A DNA stretch of 64,000 nucleotides from Octopus vulgaris (Eukaryota), in the NCBI GenBank assembly GCA_951406725.2, contig OX597817.1:43338001-43402000 (forward strand), in the 5' to 3' direction. Numbering within the stretch: the stretch's first letter is position 1; each line of letters begins with the position of its first letter. Shown piece by piece: positions 1 to 13,884 of this stretch. A program made the translations under genes and the position numbers. A model generated the notes under the pieces. That model was not told the origin of the DNA. It did not search any database and saw only the letters and a program-made list of their open reading frames with translations.

Positions 1-2547
1 AGATCATGGCCATTCTGTCTTTTTGTAAATCTATGTAAATCTTAGACCACATTATCCAACATATCCTTTATTTTTTCAAGATGATAAGGTGTGATTTCAA
101 TTTTGCTGCTATTTCTAGCCCTATATCTTCTAGGTAAGCTGAGATCAGACTGACCTACACTCAAAGATGCTTAAGCCATGAACTTTCCATTAAAAGTATC
201 TTTCTGTTCTTTTTCTAATTTTTTTTCTTAAGAGAATAGGGTGTGGTTTAAGGGAGTTCTGGTTGCCATTTTCAAGTAACTTTCTTGGTTTGGTTGTTTC
301 CCATGGTTGTGCAACTGGAATTGTTGTAATTGTTGTTTTTGAACTCAGATCGGCTCTGACTGAACCAACCAATGACCAAAGATTCACAATATTATCCATC
401 ATGTCCTTCTTTTTTTCTTTAAGATAGTGGGGTGTGAATTGTGAAAATTTAAATGCTATTTTCACAAGTCAAGCAGCAGCCATATAGAAGTTCCCATCTT
501 GTATCAGTAAAGTAAGTCTCCTTGGCTTTACTGTCTCAAGTCCTTGAAATCATGGGGTTAGTTACTCAGTTTCCATGGTGCATAAGTGACTGAGATCACC
601 ACATTGCCATTGAATGAGATGCCAGTTCATCATAGGGTTTGTCATTTACAACTAAGTGGACTCAAGTAACATGAAATGAAGTATTTTGCTCAAGAACTCA
701 ATACATCACCTGATCTGAGAATCAAAACCTTGATTTTGCAACTGTGAGTGCAACCCCTTAATCACCATAATGTATCAGACTCCTTCCAAACTTCTATTGT
801 TGATGTGAGAAAGTAAAGTTTTGATGGCAGTATTTTCTCCTTTCATTTGACCTGTAGCCACCCATCTTCTCTCTTCTCTTGATCCCTGAATCTACCTTCT
901 CTGTTCTATTTATCTAGTAATTACTGGTATCCTCTCAAAAGACCATCATATATATAAACAATCGTTATTTGTAGTTCGATCACTAAGAGAGTGTTATTTA
1001 TTCTCAAATGAAGGCTTTATTTAACATAGAATTTAACATAGATTAAATGTATCAAGTGGACTATCAAATTCACCTTTGCTTTTTATTCATTTATTTATTG
1101 TTCTTTTTGCTTATTTTATTTTAAAATGTGTTTTCTTTCATTTATTTTCTTCTCGATGTCTCTTTTTGTCTACAACAGATTGTTTATTGAGATTAACTAT
1201 TCACACAAAGACGTTTGCCTGACTGAAAATGTTGAATAAAACAAAATCAATAGCATTCTACCATTATTCCACTAAGTTAAATCTAATTTGTGACAAGTGC
1301 AAAATAAACATGTCTTTATAGTGTACATATATCATGTTTATTCAGTGAGTTCATTATTTATGACCAACATATATAACACTTTCTAGTAGTATTAAACACT
1401 TGTTTTTGTTTCTATTTAACATCAGTTTTTTTTTAGTATTGGTGAGACTGTTTTTACAAACTTATATATTTGCATATTGTTCAGGAATTTTTTTTATAGC
1501 TGGGTGTCATTCCTGCTGTTCCTGGATAGCATTCCTATTGCTCCTCTACAACAGTTGCTAATTAATTAGTTATGAGTATGTAACTTTTACTCAAAGAAAG
1601 CAATTGTTAAAGTCTACACAGGATAGAAAATTCTTAAACATTTTAATCTTAATATATTTTTATCAAAATGTGGTTTTGAAATTTTCATTTATTGAAAATT
1701 TCAAACACACATTGCAATCAGAAAACCAATTTTAAGTCTCAGCAAAGTAGTTTAGATAAATTAAGTTAAGAAGAGTTATATGCATCGTCTTTGGGTACAG
1801 CACAGAGGGTCTTCTAAAGTTTAAACTAGGGTTTAAAATATAACAATAACCTGACTACTTACAATTTCTTTACCTTTAAACAGTAAGGGAAGCAAGCCTA
1901 ACATGCCATCTAGCACATAACATTAGTTGCTTCTATTATTTAGACTGACTGTAGTTTACACCCCCGCATCATCTCTATTTACCTGTAAAACAACAAGAAA
2001 AGAAATTTCAACATTGAATCCTATATTTCGTAACCGTTTTATTACCTCATTTCTATGAAAATATATTAGCTCTGTTTCAATTAATTTTGAAAATAATGAA
2101 GAACTTAGTTAAATAACTTTGCCATTATTAAAATGAAATGTTACTCTTTCACTTGTTTCAGTCATGTGACTGTGGTCATGCTGGAGCACCACCTTTAGTC
2201 GAGCAAATCGACCCCAGGACTTATTCTTTGTAAGCCTAGTACTTACTCTATTGGTCTCTTTTGCCGAACTGCTAAGTTACGACCGGCTTCTTTCAGTTTC
2301 CATCAACCAAATCCACTCACAAGGCTTTGGTCAGCCTGAGGCTATAGTAAAAGACATTTGCCCAAGGTGCCACGCAGTGGGACTGAACCCAGAACCATGT
2401 GGTTGTTACGTAAGCTACTTACCGCACACCCACTCCTATGTCTAGAAAACATGTATCTCAGAACCTGAAGCTGTCTTGGGTGGGTTATCAAAAGGATTAC
2501 AAGATAAAATAAACATTCTAAGACTTATTACCATTCTTACTTTCCAG

Positions 2548-2694
2548 CCAGGTGTTATATCGATCAATTCCTCTGCACAAATGGCTCCTGTGTTCCACGA
2601 GCATGGCACTGTGATGGTGAAAGTGACTGCCCTGATGGCAGTGATGAAGATGAATGTCCAAACTTAGCAATTTTTTCATCTAATGCAATCAGAG
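2548..2694 (+). CDS. LDL-receptor class A domain exon 1 of a multi-LDLa protein (5' exons not identified)
   Basis: tttccag| acceptor and |gtaagt donor; 147 bp, phase 1-1. Translates [48 protein letters not shown]: six Cys plus the DCxDGSDE LDLa signature. Confidence 0.93.
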
Positions 2695-2804
2695 GTAAGT
2701 TAATAGATTTTCTTTTCTTTATTTCTTTATCATATGTCTTTAAGTTGCATGGGGCCAATTCAAGCTGTTATTAAATAATATATACATATATATATATACA
2801 CATC

Positions 2805-3742
2805 CTGTCAAATGTCTGTTTCAGTCAGGGCTCTGAGCTTGCCAATCATTCAATACGGTAACACCTTCATCAGCCAGAATTTGTCAGAAAGCGGCAAGCT
2901 GGCAGAATCGTTAGCACGCCGGGTGAAATGCTTAACGGTATTTCGTCTGCCGCTATGTTCTGAGTTCAAATTCTGCCGAGGTCGACTTTGCCATTCATCT
3001 TTTCGGGGTCGATTAAATAAGTACCAGTTACGCACAGGGGTCGATATAATCAACTTAATCCGTTTGTCTGACCTTGTTTGTTCCCCCTGTGTGTAGCCCT
3101 TTGTGAGCAGTAAAGAAATAAGAATTTGTCAGAAGGCTTTCAAGAAAGTGAAACGACTCATGTTACACGATGAAAACAGTGAAGTTTTGGGTATACATAA
3201 AAAGTGATGGTTCAAGAAAGTTGGTTAAAATTGATGGTAACTTGAATAGTTCCATTTGCATCCAGTTGCTGAAGGACAATTTGATACCAGACTTGGATAA
3301 AGGTGAGGCTTTTCAGCATGACGGAGCTCCATGCCGCAGATTGTGTGCAACACAACAGAATCTGGCTGATGAAGGTGTTACCGTATTGAAAGATTGGTCA
3401 GCTCAGAGCCCTGACTTAAATATCATCAAACAAATATGGACAGAACTAAAGAGAAAAGTTCGTCAGAAGAATCCACACAATCTCGAGTTATGGGAGCTCA
3501 GCCACAGAGAATGGCATCTCATACCTGTGAAGATGGTGAAAGATTTATACGCATCTCTTCTCAGGCACATTGAAGCAATTATTCAAGCTAAGGGAAGCCA
3601 CACAAAATATTAACAATGTACAGTAACTTCTTGACATGAACATTATGTAATAAATTTTCATTAAAAACATTTTTCTGTTTTAAAACACTGAATGTATCCT
3701 GATGGTTTATGTGAGGTGGCCAGAAACTTTTGCATGGCCATT
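2805..3742 (+). mobile_element. Tc1-like transposon remnant interrupted by a SINE
   Basis: ORF 3170-3613 has Tc1 DDE-domain motifs FQHDGAPC, WSAQSPDLNIIKQIW (catalytic E lost) and a C-terminal AKGSHTKY. TIR-like end ggtggccagaaacttttgcatggcca. Confidence 0.85.
2890..3120 (+). mobile_element. tRNA-derived SINE family A (Meta/MESC-like central box), full length
   Basis: A/B-box-like head (tggcagaatcgttag...gttcaaattc) and gcctttcatcctttcggggtcgat-type core. 14-bp TSD agaatttgtcagaa at 2876-2889 and 3121-3134. Many other copies, e.g. about 10003-10225, 18304-18510, 20266-20470, 31358-31560, 37095-37325, 57962-58312. Confidence 0.9.
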
Positions 3743-6167
3743 TTTGGTGGTCATCTCACATCTTCCCCTCTCATTCAGAACCCCTACTACAAAATATAAT
3801 GATTAGGTATGGAAATGATTCCAACAGGGCCAATGTTTCATCTGTAAAAAATACAATGTGAAACATCCGTTCATAAGTTGGCAATTAGTAGAACTTTACA
3901 ATAAAGTGGCCAAAGATTTTTGCAAAGTACTGTACATACACACACACACACACAACACACACACAACACACACACAACACACACAACACACACACACACA
4001 CACACTCTCAAGCACATCTATTTTGATTACTGTTGTTCTTGTATATGTTAGGAATACATGTTTTCCCAATATATGCAATATTGGTGAAACAGTCAAGCGT
4101 TAGAATAGCAACAGTTATTTCAATAATATTCTCTAAAGGAATTTTTCTAATAATCATAAAATATGAATATTTATGAAATATCGATTTTTTTCCTTCATTT
4201 TCCTTTAGGAAGGGTAGGGTAGGCATAGGGTGGATGTGGGAGGGCTAGACTAGTTTTGTTATTTATGTATTTCATCTTTCATTTTTGCAAACAATAATAT
4301 TGTTGGTTAAAAGTTTTCAATAATCTTGTCTCTGGTTCACTGCATTTATGACCAAAAGAGTGACAAAAGATTGTCTCTACATCATCATCGTAATCAACAT
4401 CATCTTCATCATCATCATCATCATCTCCCTATCACTACTATCATGCAAGCACAGAACTACTACCATACAAGCACATTATTAAAATGATGATGATGACGAC
4501 GATGATGATGATACATGTATACATACATACATACACGCACATATATACACATGATTGTGTGCGTGCTTGTGTGTGATACTGTATATTCTGCTCATATAGT
4601 TACAATATCTAATTATGGAATAAGCACTTATACAAACATTAAATATAATTATTTTCAAAAATATAAAAAATTTAAATATTATTTCATTTGTTGGTTTTCT
4701 ATAACTTTACATACAGTAATAACAGATACATGCATTATGATCTTTATAACAGCTGTGTGTGAAAATATGATGTACATCATTATCATCATCACCATTTAAC
4801 ATCCATCTTCCATGCATACACGGGTAGGAAGGTTGACAGGAGCTGGTCAGCTAGAAAAATTACCCTAGGCTACTGTGTCAGTCTTGGCAGGGATTTTATG
4901 GCTGGATGCCCTTACTAACACCAAAAACTCTGCAGAGTGGACTCAGTGCATTTTACATGGCACTGGCACAGGTGAGGTTAGTTTTGGCATGATTTTTACA
5001 CCTGGATACCCTTCCAAATGCCAACCACACTACAGTGTGGACTGGATGCTTTTAATGTGGCACCAGCACTGGCAGGGTAACCATGTAACTCACAAGACAA
5101 GGAACCATGAGAGGGGTAGGGGCATTTGAGGAAGAGAATGTGTGTCAGAAAGTGAAAGGTTAGAGTGTGACAAAGAAACAGAGAGACAGGTGTCCTTCCA
5201 CAACAGAGAGAGCATTAGAGGAGGTGATCCAGTATCAGATGATGGACAGTTAGAGTGTAACAGAGAGGCAGAAATATGTGTCTTGCTATTGAGGAGGAAG
5301 TGTTTGTGTGAGTATGGGAACCGTTGGTAGAAGATACAGAGCTATTTGAATAATTGGGATTAGTATCAGTAGTAGAGGAGGTAAAATTTTTGTAGTAAAG
5401 ATTTAGTTTTCTATTGTTAAAGGAAGAAATAACCCTAAATAAGTTAGGAGAAACAGAAAAGCCAAATCTAATCATTCTGTTTGCACATATAGACGTGCAT
5501 ACACATTGATATGTCTGTCTTTTTTCTCTTTCGTCTCTCTCACTATTATTTTACTGTTATTTTTTCCCTTTTACAACTTGCTTGTAAATATCTGGTTTTT
5601 CCCTATTACCCCTTTTGTATTCTCTCTTATTTTAATTAAATATCTTATTTTAATTTACTTTATTTTATTAAACCTTTTTTGATGTCCTTCCAAAAATTCT
5701 TCACACTGATAAGAATGACAATGCATAAATTTAATTATAATTACTATGATTATAATTTTTTCCTACATATTTGTATTGTCCTTTGGAACATGCATACGTA
5801 TTGAATCCTATTTTGTATTAAATCTAATTTTGATGCAACATCTTTTTCTCCTCCATTTTTCTATAATCGTTTATGGTATATTTATACCTGTAACAATATT
5901 TTTCAACTATTAGTTTCATATTCTTAATACTTGCTCTGGCTGTTTTTTATGAATATGATGAATCTTTATTAGAAATCATTCTTTCTCTCTTTTTGGACCT
6001 CTCAAAAAGTTTGAATTGTTCTTTTTTGAATTTATTTTTTCCCATATATATATATATATATATATATATGCATATATATATATAAGATATGCATGTGTAT
6101 ATACATACATGCATACATACACACACACACGTGTAAATATACATACATATATATCTACATATATGTT

Positions 6168-6210
<43 letters not shown>

Positions 6211-6473
6211 ATAATTATTATTTGAGGGAATATTAATCCTAACTTACAGGGAAAAATTCAATTTAGAAATACTAAATCAAATTTCACACTATATAATATA
6301 TATATATATATATAAATTTGAAAAAACCACCTTTTTTCAATTCAAAATGAACAATTAAATTACACCATCTAGAAAATTACATATAATAGAAATATTAAAA
6401 TTAAAATAACAATAATATACTGATGATTAAGTAAATTGCAAAAAATAATAAAAACATATATATTTGGTAGAAA

Positions 6474-6575
6474 AACGACATGTGTTTCGTGGCTATATTT
6501 AAGAAATGATTATAGTAAAAAAATTAATAGTAGTAGTAAAATCACTTCGATATAAATATAGCCACTCATCAGGTT
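6474..6575 (-). ncRNA. Type I hammerhead ribozyme motif with a long stem II
   Basis: Minus strand AAC-CUGAUGA-GUGGCUAUAUUUA...UAAAUAUAGCCAC-GAAA-C-ACAU-G-UC|GUU. Perfect 13-bp inverted repeat at 6489-6501/6553-6565 lies exactly between the core boxes. Confidence 0.72.
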
Positions 6576-7677
6576 AAAAATAAACTAGAATAATAAAGTA
6601 ATTAATTAATAAATATAATTTAATATATATATATAAGTTACTAAATATACATTAAGTGAAAACTAAAAACAATATTTAAATTATTCAATACTTTAAAATT
6701 TTTTAATATACACAAGTCAATAATATTGTAATCAAAATAAGAAATGGTTCAAATATAGACAAACTCATTAAATAAGCTAACTATATAATTAATATATATG
6801 TGTAGTATCTATAGATTTAATATATCACTCTATAATATAGTTGACTAAATATCAATTAATATAATACCTAATTATCTTAAATTTAATACTACTTAATAAA
6901 TATAACACCTAATAGTTTAATAATATATTGTCTAACAAAATTAATTCTCAAATTAAATTAAATGTAATACGTTAGATCCCTTAATAAAAAAAAATCTAAA
7001 TAAATAGATATAATAATTAATATCTATCGTAACTTATAACTATCAATATATATAAAAATGATATAATGGTGAAAAATTATATACTAATGGAAAGTAAGAA
7101 ACATTTAAGCCCCATAAATTAAAGAAAGGTGCAAAAATATTAGAACAAATGAACAATACACTATGAAAATATTCAATCACAACCGCCAGTCCACTACAAA
7201 TCCAGTCCATAACAATAATAATAATAACAACGATCAAACTCAAAATAATTACAAGATACAAATAATATTGATAAACAAACTATGTTACGAAGTTCAACGA
7301 TTAAATTAATCTATCTGGATTATCAGAGCTTTTCTTCTTCTAGATAGGTTGCCTTCCTGGCTAAGAAGCTCCATTTGCTCCATACATATATAAAAATACA
7401 CACAAAAAAGGTTAAAATATAAGAGATTTAAGAATATAAATAAAATATACAAAAGCAATATATGACTGTTGACTGCTTGTGCTTATGTCAGGTTGCTCTC
7501 AAGCAATACTGGTAACATGTGACCCAGTACAACCTGTTGCATGGTCAGGTCATCAGTAACTGAACTGGCACCCCACCGAGCCTGCTTGGTTAGGAAGGGG
7601 ATTTGTTGGACACACAGCAGGATGAAAAATAAAACCCATCAAAGGTTGGAGGAACTCATACACACACACACACACAC

Positions 7678-7726
<49 letters not shown>

Positions 7727-8468
7727 CAAAATCAAATTCGATGACTGGCATCCGTGCTAGCTGGGCACAAAGAGCACCATACGAGTGTGATCATTGACAG
7801 ACCGGATAACCTGCTTCCGTGCCAGTGGCACATAAAAGGGCACCATTCGAGTGTGATCGTTACCAGCGTTGCCTTACCAGCGTTGCCTTACTTGGAGTGG
7901 TTGGCATTAGGAAGGGCATCCAGCTGTAGAAACTCTGCCAGATCAAGATTGGAGCCTGGTGCAGCCATCTGGTTCGCCAGCCCTCAATCAAAATCGTCCA
8001 ACCCATGCTAGCATGGAAGGTGGACGTTAAACAATGATGACGATGATGATGATATATATATATATATTTCTTTATGCTAATCATATAATGGAGTGTGAGG
8101 CAACAAACCAAATATATAATCCTTTCTACTACAGGTATAAGGCCTGAAATTTTTTGGGGGGCCAGTCAATTAGATCAACCCAGTATGCAACTGGTACTTA
8201 ACTTATCGACCCCAAAAGGACGGAAAGCAAAATCGACCTTGGTGGAATATGAACTCAGCAGATGAAATACCGCTAAGCATTTCAACCGGTGTGCTAACAA
8301 TTCTGGCAGCTTGCTACCATAAACCAGATATATGATATACACTTGTCAGAGATAGCCGACATGGAAGGGGAAAGAACAGTTGCCATTTTCCCTTCTATGG
8401 CAGTTATCTCTGACGAGCGTGCATTATATAACTGGTTTGTTGCCTAACTCTCCATTATATAAGTTCAC

Positions 8469-8858
8469 CTGTGGAGGCGCAATGGCCCAGTGGTTAGGGC
8501 AGCGGACTCGCGGTCATAGGATCGCGGTTTCGATTCCCAGACCGGGCGTTGTGAGTGTTTATTGAGCGAAAACACCTAAAGCTCCACAAGGCTCCGGCAG
8601 GGGATGGTGGTGATCCCTGCTGTACTCTTTCACCACAACTTTCTCTCACTCTTTCTTCCTGTTTCTGTTGTACCTGTATTTCAAAGGGCCGGCCTTGTCA
8701 CTCTCTGTGTCACGCTGAATATCCCCGAGAACTACGTTAAGGGTACACGTGTCTGTGGAGTGCTCAGCCACTTACACATTAATTTCACGAGCAAGCTGTT
8801 CCGTTGATTCGGATCAACCGGAACCCTCGTCGTCGTAACCGACGGAGTGCTTCCATCC
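8469..8858 (+). mobile_element. tRNA-derived SINE family C, CpG-rich (young) copy
   Basis: tRNA-like head tggcccagtggttagggcagcggactcgcggtc...gtttcgattcc. 12-bp TSD atataagttcac at 8457-8468 and 8859-8870. Related older copies at about 16621-16930, 25077-25295, 26174-26395, 32990-33305, 47925-48242. Confidence 0.88.
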
Positions 8859-9457
8859 ATATAAGTTCACATGAAACCTATTGGTAAGACCAGCCATGAA
8901 GGATAATTAACTCTCTAAAATTCAGACAATATACCCACTCTACTAACAGGTATAAGTGCATCTTCTCCCTGACTTATATTTCTTTATATATGTAATAAAA
9001 TCATTCTTGCAAATGATTCAAAAGGAAATAACAGGCAGTTATCTCTTTAATATCAGTGTTATTGATTATTAAGTCCATTTACAAAAGTTGTTTTATTTGA
9101 ATTTGTTGAAATTATCAACAGATGGACTGAAACAAGTGTTTTTCTCACATAATATATTTTTTCTTTTCTAAAGTATCAGATCTACACAAATCTCAAATCA
9201 CTTACACTATTAACTGCAACAATTGTGCTACGTAGGACATTGCACTCAACTGTAAACCTCAATGCATGGGACAGTCACTGGTGCCAGTAGTGTAATTATG
9301 TATAGTGTCTGTAGTGGCTGGCATGGCTATGTGGTTAAGGAGTTTGCTTGGCGAGCATATAGTTTCAGGTTCAGTCCCACTGAACAGCACCTTAAACAAG
9401 TTGACCAAAGTCTTGAGTGAATATGGTAGACAGAAAATGTCTTGAAGCCTGTTCAGT

Positions 9458-9460
9458 CTA

Positions 9461-9559
<99 letters not shown>

Positions 9560-9560
9560 C

Positions 9561-9623
<63 letters not shown>

Positions 9624-9656
9624 ATCTATTTGTCTGTTTGTCTGTTTATCTATCTG

Positions 9657-9733
<77 letters not shown>

Positions 9734-9735
9734 AC
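9458..9735. repeat. (TATC/TGTC)n microsatellite replacing the internal repeat of a family B SINE
   Basis: Direct inspection; SINE head at about 9320-9450 and tail at about 9860-9950. Confidence 0.95.
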
Positions 9736-10298
9736 ATACATACATACATACATCCATACATACATATGTACATGCATGCATACATACATTACACACTCAC
9801 ACACACATGCACACACATACACGCACACACACACACGTGTACACGTGTCTCTCATTACTTGGCAACCAACACTGGTTTGTTTATGTCCTCATAATTTACC
9901 AGTCTGGGTTTGTTTGATTTACTAAACACTTCAAGGCACTGCTCCAGCATTACCCCATTCCAGCATTAGGAAGGGCATCCAGCCATAGAAACCAAGCTAA
10001 AAGGCGCCGATCTGGTAGAAACGTTAGCACACTGGGTGAAATGCTTTGTGGTATTTTGCCTGTCCTTGTGTTCTGCGTTCAAATTCCTACTTTGCCTTTC
10101 ATCCTTTCAGAGTCAATAAATTAAGTACCAGTTACGCACTGGAGTCGATGTAATCGACTTAATCCCTTTGTCTGTCCTTGTTTGTCCCCTCTATGTTTGG
10201 CCCCTTGTGGGCAGTAAAGAAATAAGACACTTTGTGAGTGAATTTGGAAGACAGAAACTGAAAGAAGCCCATTGTATATATGTATATATATATATGTG

Positions 10299-10368
<70 letters not shown>

Positions 10369-10845
10369 TGTGTGTGTATATGTATATGTTTGTGTGTCTG
10401 TGTTTGTCCCTCCAACATTGCTTGACAACCGATGCTGATGTGTTTACATCCCCGTAACTTAGCATTTTGGCAAAAGAGGCCGATAGAATAAGTACTAAGC
10501 TTACAAAGAATAAGTCCTGTGGTCGATTTGCTCAACTAAAGGTGGTGCTCCAGTATGGCCACAGTCAAATGACTGAAACAAGTAAATGAGTAAAAGGGCA
10601 AAGAGTAAATTGCAAAGTGTTTGATGATATCGTTAAAATTAATTTTATGTAAAACTTCTGTTCCTATACTTAGTAGAGATAAGGCATTACGAATATTATT
10701 TTAGCAATTTTAAAGTGATTTCTTTTGTACTGTAAACCATTTTCATTTCTGTGGGGCTCCTGTCCCTTGATGTCCTAAACACATGCTTATATTGCTTAAT
10801 GGGTTAATCCAGCGCTGACTGTTATAGTCTTTATTGTTATTGCAG

Positions 10846-11016
10846 AACACTGTAATATGAACCAGTTCAAGTGTGCTGATGGAAGTTGTGTGAACCGCGA
10901 CAAACTATGTGATGGCATAAACGACTGCATTGACAGCAGTGACGAGGAGGGATGTACTAAAGAAGATAGTACGCTTGCTTTAAACAATCATAGTACACCC
11001 GCTTCTAATAACCAAT
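10846..11016 (+). CDS. LDL-receptor class A domain exon 2
   Basis: ttgcag| acceptor and |gtatgt donor; 171 bp, phase 1-1, in frame with exon 1. [37 protein letters not shown] plus S/T/N linker [20 protein letters not shown]. Confidence 0.93.
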
Positions 11017-12122
11017 GTATGTATCCCTTTGAAAACATTCTTTCACTGCCTTCAGTGACCTAACACCATTGTTGTACGTAAACATACTCTATGTTAAAAC
11101 AATCACTATTTGCACAACATTAACAAAAATGACCTACAAATATATATTATCAAATATTTTTTTGTTTTTTTATTGTTTTACACATAATTGTCTTTTATTG
11201 TTTTACACATTTCTTTACATTAGATCAGATTAAAAAAACAACAAAAAAACCCAAAAAACAAAAAAAACAAAAAAACAAAATGATCTGATGTCGGTAATTA
11301 ATTAAACCAGTACTACCTGTTTCATAGTTGGGATGTCAGCATTTAAATTGGCAATACGACTTCAGGGTCACACCTCAGAATGTAAAGAGTGGTTTGATAT
11401 CATGACAAAAAGAAAAAAAATTATAAATTGCCTCTCAACAAGGGTGGATGAACAAAGTGTCGACAGCCATCAATCAAACTTACAAATGGGGTGGAGCCCC
11501 CATTAAAGTGGATGAGTTCAGCATTGGTGACTCTTTTGGCAGCAGCCCCGACATATGATATCTCTCTTCTCTCACAGATATACTAGATTTGTCTTTTCTC
11601 TGACCTAGGGAATCCTGGACAAGAGAAACCCCTTGATAAGTGTAAGGATGTCCTTAAGTGGCAGAAGTCAGTCTTGGTTAGGATTATCATCATCTTGTCT
11701 TTGCATTGTCAGAAGCAAGAGACAAGTGCTGTTCATACGTTCCATTGAAGTAATAATGTCAAGGACGTGGCTACCTCTTTAGTGTTGGTGCCAAGAAAAA
11801 TGCACCCAGTAAATTCTGTAAAATGTAAACTCAAAGGACCTTTTCATATTATCACGGATATGATTGACTGGTTTCTGTGCCGAGGCATGTAAAAGCACCA
11901 ACCGATTGTGGTCATTGCCAGCCTCCCCTGGCACTTGTGCTGGTGGCACATAAAAAGCACCCACTACACTCATAGAGTGGTTGGCGTTAGGAAGGGCATC
12001 CAGCTGTAGAAACACTGCCAGATCAGACTGGAGCCTGGTGCAGCCTCCTGGTTTCCCAGACCCTAGTTGAACCATCCAACCCATGCTAGCATGGAAAATG
12101 GACGTTAAACGATGATGATTAC

Positions 12123-12169
<47 letters not shown>

Positions 12170-12853
12170 GATCTCACTAGTGTTGATGTCCTGTGCACTG
12201 TGGGAAGGGGTTAATGTTAGAATGGGCAACCAACCATAGAAACCTAGCCAAATGGAAGTACACAATTGAGATACAGTCCTCTGACCTGCTTGGGTGAGCA
12301 GACCATAACAGCTCATTCAACAATTATTCAACTCATTCAACAGCATGAAAAATAGATGTAAAACAATGATGATGATGGCTAAATCTGACACTATTGTTTC
12401 TTCCACCAAACTACCTTTATTAATATCCTAATATTCAGCCTGCATAGCTCTGTTGGTAATGCATCCGACTTTTAAGAACTGTTGAGTGATAAAATCTGAG
12501 GGTCGCGAGTTCAAGTCCCTCTGTGGTTGATTTTTTAAAGGCGGTGCTCCAGCATTGCCACAGTCAAACGACTGAAACAAGTAAAAGAGTAATTTAGACA
12601 CAATGCTGGTGATTTTTGATTTTTATTTCATTGATTCCAAGGGGTGGGGGCCAATAAAATAAATTACAAGCTAAGTACTGGGGGTATTGACTAATCTTCT
12701 CTCAAAAATTGCTGGATGAAAATCAAAGTTGACCTAAGCTGGAATTGAACTCAAATATAGCAAGCTAGAAGAAAAACAATCAAGCGTTTTTACTGATGTT
12801 GTAAGGACTTGGCCAATTCACCACCATGTAGGTTCCTAATAATAATAATAATG

Positions 12854-12904
<51 letters not shown>

Positions 12905-13389
12905 GACCACAAACTCGAAGGCATTGTCAAAAATAGAAATGCAAAGATCCTATGGGATTTCATGATTCAGTGCGACCAGGAGATAGAGAATAGGAAGCCG
13001 GACAGTCTTAATTGAGAAAGAAAACAAACTATGCTGGATCATAGATATAGCATGCCCAGTCAACATCAAGTTATGCAATAAGGAAGAAAGAAAAGTCAAG
13101 AGATATGACAGGTTAGCTTGGGAAGTTAAGTAGTTGTGGTCGATGAAAAAGGTAGCAGTAGTGCCAATAATTGTCGGCACCCTGGGAGCAGTGAGCAAAA
13201 ATCTCAAAAAGAATGTGGAACAAATAGGGCTGCAATAAGGGTGGAGCACTTGCAGAAAACAGCACTGCTTGGAACTGCTTGAATACTCCGGAAGGTGCTT
13301 GAAAAATAAGAGGTGATACCTTAGTCCACTCGTAGTGAATAGTTGACACCGTAGTACTTCTTCAGCATTAGAAGTTGTGCAAAAGCAAT

Positions 13390-13390
<1 letters not shown>
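12905..13390 (+). mobile_element. R4/Dong-like non-LTR retrotransposon 3' fragment (restriction-like endonuclease domain)
   Basis: Frameshifted translation KILWDFMIQCDQEIENRKPD..LIEKENKLCWIIDIACP..KEERKVKRYDRLAWEVK..VVPIIVGTLG..LQKTALLGTA.ILRKVL is an RLE PD..D domain. Flanked on both sides by (TAA)n. Confidence 0.85.
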
Positions 13391-13425
<35 letters not shown>

Positions 13426-13791
13426 CCTTTCTAGAAAAGGTGCACACTCTGATATTTTGGGGGAATGGGGCTAGTTCATTATATTGACCCTAGTGCTTAA
13501 CTGGTACTAATTTCATTGACCCTGAAAAAAAAGTAAAGGTCAAAGTTGGCTTTGATGGAATTTCAACCCACAATATAATTATTTCTACTGGAAGCACAGA
13601 GTCCCAAATTTGGGGGAAAGAATTAAGTCAATTACATCAAACCCAGTGCATAACTGGTACTTATTTAATCAACCCTGCACGGATGAAAAGCAAAGTCCAC
13701 CTCGGTAGAATTTGAATTCAGAATGTAGCGACAAACAAAATATCACTGAACATTTTGCCCGGCATGCTAACAAGTCTGCCAGCTCATCGCC

Positions 13792-13834
<43 letters not shown>

Positions 13835-13884
13835 TAATAATAATAATAATAAAAATAATAATGGCTAATAAAACTTCTTTGCAG

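Noticed and set aside
190-465. 91-aa minus-strand ORF
   Set aside because: No recognisable domain or splice signals; low-complexity composition.
8473-8545. tRNA gene
   Set aside because: The tRNA-like head continues into a SINE body bounded by a 12-bp TSD.
9417-9925. Long ORFs (166 aa, 150 aa) with SIYL repeats, and similar YI/HT/poly-N/poly-I ORFs elsewhere
   Set aside because: They are translations of microsatellites that lack stop codons by chance.
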